Both the position numbers and the translations under genes were made by a program. Positions 18,897 to 36,685 of a DNA stretch of 47,660 bases are shown in pieces. The DNA lies in assembly GCA_964016885.1 (NCBI GenBank), contig CAXHJY010000914.1:1-47660 (forward strand). Reading direction: 5' to 3'. How positions within the stretch are numbered: position 1 is the stretch's first letter; each line of letters begins with the position of its first letter. The notes beneath the pieces were generated by a model. That model saw nothing but the letters and a program-made list of their open reading frames with translations, was not told the DNA's origin and made no database searches. Source of the DNA: Eledone cirrhosa. Taxonomy: Eukaryota.

Positions 18897-20729
18897 CTTT
18901 GAATAACTTTGAAATGTTTTGGCCAGTATTGGCCCAGGCCATGTCTAACTTAATAGCACCACCTGGCGAAGTCTTTCAATTCAGGATTTGGGCACCATGG
19001 CCCATTCGAGAAGAGAATTACTGTTTGCGGAGACATATCCGGGTGTGGGTGGTTTGTCCGGGATTACTTGGAGGAATTTGTCCAAAGACCTTCTTGAATT
19101 TTGTGTGGTCAGTTTCTGTTTTGACGTGTCCTGGTGTGATGTTGAAGAGAGCAGGGCCGATTGAGGTGAAATAATTGTGCCGTATTGTTGTTATGAGTTG
19201 CGATTTCGATTTTTGAATGGGACGGATAGCACGGGGCCCAAGCCTTGGGTGTATCTTGAAGGCGATGCCAACATCATTTGGGCAGTGATGATGGAACATT
19301 TTCCACATCATGCAGATAATATAACGCTCACGGCGACGTTGGAGTGAGTAAAGTTTCAGGTTTTCCAATCGACCCCAGTAGTCAAGGTCTGACATGTCAT
19401 CTATCTTTTTCGTGATTGCCCTTTGAGGAGCTTCAAGTTTCATGATACTTTGTTTCGTGTGGGGAGACCACAGTGGACAACAGTATTCAAGGTGTGGTCG
19501 GGCGAAAGTAGAGAAGAGAAGGATAATGGTGCGGGAATCTCTCGACTGGAAGGTTCTGAGGATCCAGGAACACATTCTGCGGGCCATGTCAACTTTGCTG
19601 CTTATATGCGTGGTCCAGCTTATGTTGCTGTCCACGGTTACTCCCAAGTCTCTGATGTTGTTAGATGCCACGAGAGTTTCCCCGGAGGGAAGGGAGTACG
19701 GGAGTTTCAGAGCATCCTCTTTTCCAAAGTGGATCAGTTCGAATTTGTCTTCGTTCAGTAACATGTTCTTTTCTGCCCATTGGGTAACAGCCAGTAGGTC
19801 TGACTGAAGGCTTATCCGGTCATCCACGCCATTGATGACCTTTTGGAGCTTGGAATCATCAGCGAAAATTTTAATGTTGCTGTGTTTGATGATGTCAGTG
19901 ATGTCATTAATATAGATGATGAAGAGAAGTGGGCCCAACACAGTGCCTTGTGGGACTCCACTACTGACTTTGGCTGGGCTTGATTTGACTCCCTCAACTA
20001 CAACATGTTGGGTTCTTGATCCACTGCAGCAGCTTTCCAGTGACACCAATATTGGACAGCTTTCTCAGTAGAATGTTATGATCAACCCTGTCAAAGGCCT
20101 TGCTGAAATCAAGGTAGATAACATCAGTGTTGGAACCCTCTCCCAAGGCTCTCAAAATGTCATCAAAGTGATGCAGTAGTTGCGTCAGGCAATCCCTTCC
20201 ATTACGGAATCCATGCTGGTTGGAGTTCAGCATATTGTTACTCTCAAGGAAGTGGGTCATTCGCGATCTCACCACTCGCTCAAATACCTTAATGATATGA
20301 GAGGTGAGTGAGATTGGACGGTAATTCACGGCAAGGGATTTGTTTCCCTTTTTGAAAACTGGGACAACAGACTGGGATAGAAGGTTTTCTGGCACATATC
20401 CAGCATCCAGTGAGTTCCGCCACAGATTGGCAAGAGGAGAAGCAAGTTGGTGTTGACACGCCTTCAAGACACAAGCAGGGAACCTATCGGGACCTCCTGC
20501 TGAATTATGCTTGATTTCCTTTATTGCCGCCAAGACATCAGGGGCGCCAAACGTTATGTCCGATAAGGTGTAATGGGGAGTAACATCGCCGATTACAGCC
20601 CAGATCGGCCATATCAGGATTGCTGAAAACAGAGCAGTATTGTTTCTGCAGTATCTCACCCATGGTTTTAGCATTGTCTTGAAGAGTGCCATTTTCATCA
20701 ATTAGAGGGCCAACAGTAGAGCCAGTGAT
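18893..20729 (-). mobile_element. CR1-clade non-LTR retrotransposon, 5'-truncated, frameshifted
   Basis: RT motifs; 3' hairpin GGCCA-ATAC-TGGCC and (TCAAAGTTAT)2 tail running into (TA)n. Confidence 0.88.
19018..20729 (-). pseudogene. LINE ORF2 reverse transcriptase remnant (CR1-like)
   Basis: NYRPISLTS, QHGFR, YLDFSKAFDRV, GVPQGTVLGPLLF, FADD, RDLGV, RPHLEYC, LYSLQRRRERY. Frame changes near 20600, 20010 and 19090. Confidence 0.92.
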
Positions 20730-22959
<2,230 letters not shown>

Positions 22960-23443
22960 GTTCGAAACCTAATTTTGAACGGGCCGGAGGTGGCCCCTAT
23001 ATAATGTTTAACGCTATTGTGGCTAGTAATAGTGCATCTATATATAACCCTATCGGTCAAGCAGTATCCTCTAAGGGGGCACCGTCCTCTGTCGCGGCAG
23101 TTGCAATTTCTGTCGCTGTTCCGTCTATTTCCCACGATAAGGCTATCATTGTTGCTGCCTACGTTGTTACCTACGCTACCGCAGCTGTCGTTAGCACCAT
23201 TACAACCCACAGCACACGGGATGGTGCGATTGTTATTCCGCACGCCATGTTTTGCATGCTCCCCAGTCACTTCGCGGTCATTCCGGTTGCGTCTGCGGAT
23301 GCCGTTGCCAACACTATTGGATGCTGCCAGGGAGTTGTTAAGGCCGATACAGTTATTGTCAGGTGTAGATGCGTCTGCGTCGAGGTGCTGTGTCTTGGTG
23401 ATCTAACTGTGGTTCGTTGTTCCTATGATGTCTGCTAGGTTAG
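22960..23443 (-). pseudogene. Internal fragment of a Penelope-like ORF (linker, CNC..CPL..C motif, start of GIY-YIG)
   Basis: [41 protein letters not shown] parallels CNCRIKNKCPLNNHCL..LIYECKI..YFGST..FKARL in 28236-29666. In-frame stop at 23403-23405. Confidence 0.85.
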
Positions 23444-25693
<2,250 letters not shown>

Positions 25694-26001
25694 TAAACAA
25701 TTAAGTTAAAGTGTACATCTACATATGTATACGGAAGTATTAGTATGCATATAAATACACACATGTATACATATGTACATGTACTCAGCTTTTCACTAGA
25801 CACTTTACAGTGAGTGTCAGCTAGTCTGTATGTAACCACACAGGCGGACCGTACATATGTATACATGTGTGTATTTATATGCATACTAATACTTCCGTAT
25901 ACATATGTAGATGTACACTTTAACTTAATTGTTTAAGCGTCAGTCATACAAAAGTGAGTTAGAAGCGAAACAAAATTTAATTTCGTTTCGTTATTTGTTT
26001 T

Positions 26002-26002
<1 letters not shown>
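25694..26002. mobile_element. Small inverted-repeat element: 85-bp arms 25694-25778 / 25851-25935, 72-bp spacer, ~66-bp right tail
   Basis: Arms read as exact reverse complements; TA flanks; no ORF. Confidence 0.6.
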
Positions 26003-26036
<34 letters not shown>

Positions 26037-26047
26037 GTATATATATG

Positions 26048-26102
<55 letters not shown>

Positions 26103-26137
26103 GTATATATATATATATGTATATATATGTATATATG

Positions 26138-26184
<47 letters not shown>

Positions 26185-26197
26185 GTATATATATATG

Positions 26198-26234
<37 letters not shown>

Positions 26235-26292
26235 GTATATATATATATGTATATATATATATGTATATATATGTATATATATATATGTATAT
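26003..26292. repeat. (TA)nTG microsatellite array
   Basis: Direct. Confidence 0.96.
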
Positions 26293-26332
26293 ATAATATA
26301 AGATCAAAAGATGGTTAAAGGAGTTCAATATA

Positions 26333-26399
26333 TTTTATTATGCGCATTTCAAAAACAAACATCATCAAACAATAATATTTGTGTTTTCATCAGATAAAA
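26333..26399 (-). ncRNA. Type I hammerhead ribozyme (mirror of 30912-30978)
   Basis: Reverse complement of 30912-30978. Confidence 0.82.
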
Positions 26400-28235
26400 C
26401 AGGAGAACATGATATGAAGGCTAAAAAAAAAAAAAACACTTGTTGATAGTGCAGTTTTAAATCAACATATGAAAAGTGGTTTTAGATTGATGTGTGATAT
26501 TGGGAGAAATATTTTATTTAGAGAGGGGGGGAGAGAAAAGGATGAAAAGGGAAGGAGATGAGAGGGAGAGATGGGTGATAGAGAGAAAGAGATAGTTTTT
26601 ATAACAGAGAGGAGATATATTTTATATAGAGGGGTTGAAAACCGTTGGAAGATACTGTATAAATTAAAAATTTTGAAAATTAACGAAGGGAGGATATGTG
26701 CGAGGAAAAAATATATTATATTTAGGGAGGGGTGGGGGTGGAAAGGATGAAAAAAAGGGGAGGAGATGAGAGTGAAGGTGGAAAGGGAGAGATGGGTGAT
26801 AGAGAGAAAGAGATAGTTTTTATAACTGAGAAAAAGATATAATGTTTTAATATAGAGAGGTTGGGAACCGTTGGAAGATAATGTATAAATTAAAGGAATT
26901 TGAAAATTAACGAAGGGAAATTATGTATGGAGATAGAGAGAAAAAAATAACGAAGGGAGATTATGTATGGAGATAGAGAGAAAAAAAAAAATAATAATTG
27001 TGGGTGAATATTCAAAAGGAGAAATGTAGGAATTTTAAAATTAGCAAAGAGAAAAAGTTTATGTATAGGATTTGAGAAAAATAATGTGAAGTTAGAGTTT
27101 TTATATTGAATTCATATGTATTAATAATGAGTTCGTTGATGGGGAGAAAAAAATAATAATAAATTAAGGATGAAATTGAGATTAAAAAGATTTATGATAG
27201 AGAGAAAAAATAATAATGATTGCGGATGAATACTCAAAATGTCAAAAACAAATGTTATTGTTTTACGAGGAGATATAATGAGGGTGATGAGTAAACGGGT
27301 ATTATAGAGTGTATAATGCCCTTTAAAGTAAGGTAGATGGGTATATTTTAAAGAATATATGAGTATATATTTAAAAAAATATATAATAATAAATTAAGGA
27401 TGAAATTGAGATTAAAAAGATTTATGATAGAGGGAAAAAAAAAAATAATAATGATTGCGGATGAATATTCAAAATGTCAAAAACAAATGTTATTGTTTTA
27501 CGAGAAGATAGGATGAGGTAAATGAGTAAACGAGTACTATAGAGTGTATAATGCCCTTTAAAGTAAGGTAGATGGGTATATTTTAAAGAGGTGTATGTAT
27601 ATGTGCCTTTGAGAAAAGATTCTAAATTGATAAAGAATTGAATATTAACTGTATACTTTGTGAAAAGTTCTATGGAATTTATGCAGGCAGATGGAAAACA
27701 AATCCGAGCGTCTATTTATTATGGATTCTAGGTTAGAGATAATGGTAAATTTTTCATTTAGGCAGAGATTACAGATTTTAGATAGAGAACTGTTCAAGTA
27801 CGAGGATGCAGAAGAAATCTTTTTCCAAAAGATGTTATATTTAATGTTTTTGTCTTTTAAGGACCATATGAGTTCTGAGAGAGCAGTGTTAGTTCTTTTA
27901 AGTTTGTATTTGAAAGATGAATGATGATTATAGAGACGAGCTTTAAAAGAGGTGGAAGTGGAGCCAAAATAGGTGAAGGAGTTGGTGCTAGTTATAATTT
28001 TACATTCATAAATTAAGTTTTTATCGAGGCAATGGTTGTTGAGAGGACATTTATTTTTAATGCGGCAGTTGCAATTAGAGAGATTATTAATGAGTGATCT
28101 AGTGTTATCTATAGAAGGAATTGGATTGGAGAAGTTGTTTGCGATAGGAATAATAGGAATAATAGTTTCTTGATTTAGAGTTGGATTATGAACATTTAGC
28201 GAAGTTGTGTTTGACGTTGCATTTGGGTTTACACA

Positions 28236-29666
28236 ATGGGAGCATCCGATTCATCCCAATTGACTGATTTAATTGGTATCTTCATTTTGAACTCTTTGAG
28301 TCGGAAAATTCCTCAACTTCGCGGTGGAATTTATCGTGACGATGGACTCTTTACTATCCTAAATTGCAATATAGTTAAACTTAATATTATTAAGAACAAT
28401 ATACGTAATCTCTTTAACCAACATAACCTAAAAATTGAATTTGATAATAGTACCAAACTAGCTAATTTCTTGGATGTATCTCTTAATCTTGACACTGGCC
28501 TATATTACCCTTACCATAAAAACAATGAGAATCTTAATTATGTTAACTTTAAATCTAACCATCCTACCAATATCAAGAATGCTATAGTTAATAATATTGG
28601 AAATAGAATATCTAACATATCTTCTAATAAAAACATCTTTGATGCTAACGCCAATTACTATAATAACGCACTTTCTAAAGCCGGCTATCCAGATAAAATC
28701 AAATATAATAAAGAAACAAATTCTAGGAAAACTTACAGTAGAATATTTAATCATAACCATTCCAATAATTTTAATAAAAGACCTAGATACAAAAACATAA
28801 TCTGGTATAATGCTCCTTTCTCCATCTCTATTAATAACAATATTCCTAAATTATTTTTTAGTGCCTTAAATAAATGCTTCCCTCCCTCACATATCTATAG
28901 TAAAATATTTAACAAACACACCATTAAATTTTCGTATTCTACATCCTCCAATATTTCCAACATCATTTCTAAACACAACAACAAAATATTAAATACTAAA
29001 TCTCTTCCTTCCAATATTGAATCTCATAATAACAATAATAGTACTCCTGACGTCATTGTAAACCCTAGGCTAACTTCTGTAAACCCAAATGCAACGTCAA
29101 ACACAACTTCGCTAAATGTTCATAATCCAACTCTAAATCAAGAAACTATTATTCCTATTATTCCTATCGCAAACAACTTCTCCAATCCAATTCCTTCTAT
29201 AGATAACACTAGATCACTCATTAATAATCTCTCTAATTGCAACTGCCGCATTAAAAATAAATGTCCTCTCAACAACCATTGCCTCGATAAAAACTTAATT
29301 TATGAATGTAAAATTATAACTAGCACCAACTCCTTCACCTATTTTGGCTCCACTTCCACCTCTTTTAAAGCTCGTCTCTATAATCATCATTCATCTTTCA
29401 AATACAAACTTAAAAGAACTAACACTGCTCTCTCAGAACTCATATGGTCCTTAAAAGACAAAAACATTAAATATAACATCTTTTGGAAAAAGATTTCTTC
29501 TGCATCCTCGTACTTGAACAGTTCTCTATCTAAAATCTGTAATCTCTGCCTAAATGAAAAATTTACCATTATCTCTAACCTAGAATCCATAATAAATAGA
29601 CGCTCGGATTTGTTTTCCATCTGCCTGCATAAATTCCATAGAACTTTTCACAAAGTATACAGTTAA
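28236..29666 (+). CDS. Penelope-like RT (C-terminal part) plus GIY-YIG endonuclease, N-terminally truncated by the inversion; open frame
   Basis: MGASDS (motif B), YRDDG, NFLDVSL, SNHP, IIWYNAPFS, CNC..CPL..CL, LIYECKI..YFGST..FKARLYNH, CNLCLNEK. Confidence 0.9.
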   Translation: MGASDSSQLTDLIGIFILNSLSRKIPQLRGGIYRDDGLFTILNCNIVKLNIIKNNIRNLFNQHNLKIEFDNSTKLANFLDVSLNLDTGLYYPYHKNNENLNYVNFKSNHPTNIKNAIVNNIGNRISNISSNKNIFDANANYYNNALSKAGYPDKIKYNKETNSRKTYSRIFNHNHSNNFNKRPRYKNIIWYNAPFSISINNNIPKLFFSALNKCFPPSHIYSKIFNKHTIKFSYSTSSNISNIISKHNNKILNTKSLPSNIESHNNNNSTPDVIVNPRLTSVNPNATSNTTSLNVHNPTLNQETIIPIIPIANNFSNPIPSIDNTRSLINNLSNCNCRIKNKCPLNNHCLDKNLIYECKIITSTNSFTYFGSTSTSFKARLYNHHSSFKYKLKRTNTALSELIWSLKDKNIKYNIFWKKISSASSYLNSSLSKICNLCLNEKFTIISNLESIINRRSDLFSICLHKFHRTFHKVYS

Positions 29667-29721
29667 TATTCAATTCTTTATCAATTTAGAATCTTTTCTC
29701 AAAGGCACATATACATACACC

Positions 29722-30800
29722 TCTTTAAAATATACCCATCTACCTTACTTTAAAGGGCATTATACACTCTATAGTACTCGTTTACTCATTTACCTCATCC
29801 TATCTTCTCGTAAAACAATAACATTTGTTTTTGACATTTTGAATATTCATCCGCAATCATTATTATTTTTTTTTTTCCCTCTATCATAAATCTTTTTAAT
29901 CTCAATTTCATCCTTAATTTATTATTATATATTTTTTTAAATATATACTCATATATTCTTTAAAATATACCCATCTACCTTACTTTAAAGGGCATTATAC
30001 ACTCTATAATACCCGTTTACTCATCACCCTCATTATATCTCCTCGTAAAACAATAACATTTGTTTTTGACATTTTGAGTATTCATCCGCAATCATTATTA
30101 TTTTTTCTCTCTATCATAAATCTTTTTAATCTCAATTTCATCCTTAATTTATTATTATTTTTTTCTCCCCATCAACGAACTCATTATTAATACATATGAA
30201 TTCAATATAAAAACTCTAACTTCACATTATTTTTCTCAAATCCTATACATAAACTTTTTCTCTTTGCTAATTTTAAAATTCCTACATTTCTCCTTTTGAA
30301 TATTCACCCACAATTATTATTTTTTTTTTTCTCTCTATCTCCATACATAATCTCCCTTCGTTATTTTTTTCTCTCTATCTCCATACATAATTTCCCTTCG
30401 TTAATTTTCAAATTCCTTTAATTTATACATTATCTTCCAACGGTTCCCAACCTCTCTATATTAAAACATTATATCTTTTTCTCAGTTATAAAAACTATCT
30501 CTTTCTCTCTATCACCCATCTCTCCCTTTCCACCTTCACTCTCATCTCCTCCCCTTTTTTTCATCCTTTCCACCCCCACCCCTCCCTAAATATAATATAT
30601 TTTTTCCTCGCACATATCCTCCCTTCGTTAATTTTCAAAATTTTTAATTTATACAGTATCTTCCAACGGTTTTCAACCCCTCTATATAAAATATATCTCC
30701 TCTCTGTTATAAAAACTATCTCTTTCTCTCTATCACCCATCTCTCCCTCTCATCTCCTTCCCTTTTCATCCTTTTCTCTCCCCCCCTCTCTAAATAAAAT
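29722..30800 (+). repeat. Internal direct duplications in the PLE 3' region (~235-bp, ~39-bp and ~230-bp periods)
   Basis: TCTTTAAAATATACCCATCTACC at 29722 and 29957; CCCTTCGTTAATTTTCAAA..TCTTCCAACGGTT at ~30394 and ~30621. Confidence 0.8.
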
Positions 30801-30911
30801 ATTTCTCCCAATATCACACATCAATCTAAAACCACTTTTCATATGTTGATTTAAAACTGCACTATCAACAAGTGTTTTTTTTTTTTTTAGCCTTCATATC
30901 ATGTTCTCCTG

Positions 30912-30978
30912 TTTTATCTGATGAAAACACAAATATTATTGTTTGATGATGTTTGTTTTTGAAATGCGCATAATAAAA
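30912..30978 (+). ncRNA. Type I hammerhead ribozyme, canonical core
   Basis: TTTTAT-CTGATGA-AAAC...TTTTT-GAAA-TGCGCA-TA-ATAAAA. Stem III is the palindrome ATGCGCAT; predicted cut after 30972. Confidence 0.85.
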
Positions 30979-31104
30979 TATATTGAACTCCTTTAACCAT
31001 CTTTTGATCTTATATTATGCATACTCCAGTCCCACAAACTGTAGAGTGCTTCTTATCCGATATCTGCATTGCTTTATTGTACTACAATAAAACTCACCTC
31101 CTAC

Positions 31105-32484
<1,380 letters not shown>

Positions 32485-34340
32485 ATCATCATCATCATCA
32501 TCATCAACGTTTAACGTCCGTGTTCCACGCTTGCATGGGTTAGGACGGGGGTAGTCCCACTTGAGGCAAGAGTGATTGTCTTGCTCGCATAGGACTGTCT
32601 GGCAGGTTTTCTACAGTTGGATGCCCTTCCTAACACCAACCACATTTACAGTGTGGGTCTGGGAGGTTTTTACCGTGTTGCCTACACGGCCACATTACAG
32701 CGTGGACTGTGTGTTTTTTTGTCGTGACACCTACACGATCTCATTTGTTTCGGCCTCGATGGCGTGGCACCAACATAACTTTACATAGAACGGGGTGGCG
32801 TGGATGGGGTGGGGGTGGTGGTGGTGGGACGGGGTGTATTTTGTTAGAGATGCCTACTGGCTGGAGTAGGTTTTACTATATATTTAGGTAAGGCGGGTCT
32901 TCTCTGTTACTGAGTACCGCCAAAGGTCTCGGTCCAGTGACATTGTCTTGGAGAGGTGTAAGTGTGTGATGTCGGAGTTTATCAGCTCGTCCCAGGTTTT
33001 TCTAGGTCTGCCTATTCCGTGACTACCGTCTATCTTTATTGCCCTGCACTTTGTTATACAGCTATCGACTTTCATGCGCATCACGTGTCCATACCAACGT
33101 AGCCTTCTCTCGAGTAAACAACATCTGATCCCTCTTATCTCTAATTTTTTCCTTAGTTCGTTTATGCTTTGCCGTTCACGTATATTACTGTTACACATCC
33201 AGCGGAGCATGCAAGCTTCGTTCCTCTCTAGTCTGCGTATATCCTCTGCACACAATGCCCAGGTCTCACTGCCATGCAGCATTGCTGTTCGTATGCAGGC
33301 ATCGTACAACCTGCCTTTCATTTTTAGGGAGAACCCTTTAGCAGCTAATAGTGGTATAAGCTCTCTGAACTTTTTCCAACCAGTTCTGACTCTAGCTACA
33401 GTACTTTCAGAGCACCCTCCCCCACTGCTGATTTTATCGCCCAGGTAACGGAAGCTGTCCACTATTTCTATAGAACCCTCTGCGCAATTGAAAGAGCTAG
33501 TATTTTGTGGGCACTTGCTGCTACTTATTGCACCAGAGCACCGGCCACATGTAAAATCTATGTTCTTAGTTAGCTTACCTGTGATCCCACTACATCTTTT
33601 ATGCACCCATACTTTGCATTTAGGACATAAAATGGAGTTTCTACCTACGCCTTTCCTACACACCGAGCACGACCATTTCCCAGAAGGGACCGCCGCCTTG
33701 TTTTCTTTCCTACAAACTAGTACTTTGGTCTTAGCCAGGTTAATTTTAAGTCCTTTTGACTCTAGGCCGTGCTTCCATGTTTGGAATTTCTTCTCTAGCT
33801 CGGCCATTGATTCCGCTATGAGTGTCAGGTCGTCTGCGTATAGGAGTTCCCATGGGCAGCCTGTCTTGAACTCCTCTGTTATAGCCTGAAGGGCAATAAT
33901 AAATAGTAGTGGGCTGAGAACAGAGCCCTGATGGACGCCAACTTTTACGCTAAACTCTTCACTATATTCGTTGTTAATTCTAACCTTGCTGACTGTTTCT
34001 TTATACATGGCTTGTATAGCCCTCACAAGCCATTCGTCAACGCCTAGTTTTCTAAGAGCCCACCAGATAATGGAGCGGGGGACTCTGTCGAAGGCTTTCT
34101 CCAAGTCGACAAAAGCTAAGTAGAGGGGTTTACCTTTAGCTAGGTACTTCTCCTGTAGTTGTCGTACTATGAAAAGAGCGTCTGTGGTACTTTTGCCTGA
34201 CACAAACCCGAACTGCATTTCATCTAGGTCAATTCTCTCTCTGATTAGTTGCGCTATTACTTTTTCCGTGACCTTCATGACCTGGTCGATTAATTTAATG
34301 CCTCTATAGTTACTCCTATCTAGGGCGTCTCCTTTACCCT
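32485..34340 (-). mobile_element. RTE-clade LINE, 5'-truncated copy
   Basis: RT ORF, 3'UTR shared with the 36356 copy, (TGA)n tail. Confidence 0.92.
32884..34340 (-). CDS. RTE reverse transcriptase (truncated, open frame) with internal PHD-type finger
   Basis: [62 protein letters not shown]. Confidence 0.9.
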
Positions 34341-36355
<2,015 letters not shown>

Positions 36356-36685
36356 ATCATCATCATCATCAATGTTTAACGTCCGTGTTCCACGCTTGCA
36401 TGGGTTTGGACGGGGGTAGTCCCACTTGAGGCAAGAGTGATTGTCTTGCTCGCATAGGACTGTCTGGCAGGTTTTCTACAGTTGGATGCCCTTCCTAACA
36501 CCAACCACATTTACAGTGTGGGTCTGGGAGGTTTTTACAGTGTTGCCTACACGGCCACATTACAGCGTGGACTGTGTGTTTTTTTGTCGTGACACCTACA
36601 CGATCTCATTTGTTTCGGCCTGGATGGCGCGGCACCAACATAACTTTACATAGAACGGGGTGGTGGCGGGACGGGGTGTATTTTG

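Larger units (their letters stand above)
26293..31104 (+). mobile_element. Penelope-like element, 5'-truncated, with 1941-bp inverted arms (26293-28233 / 29078-31018) and an ~86-bp tail
   Basis: RT plus GIY-YIG ORF. Mirror coordinates sum to 57311 at both arm ends, and the antisense ORFs 27691-27924 and 29387-29620 are identical. Hammerhead in each arm. Confidence 0.93.

Noticed and set aside
26293-31018. DNA transposon with long TIRs
   Set aside because: The arms include RT-element coding sequence and hammerheads, and no transposase is present.
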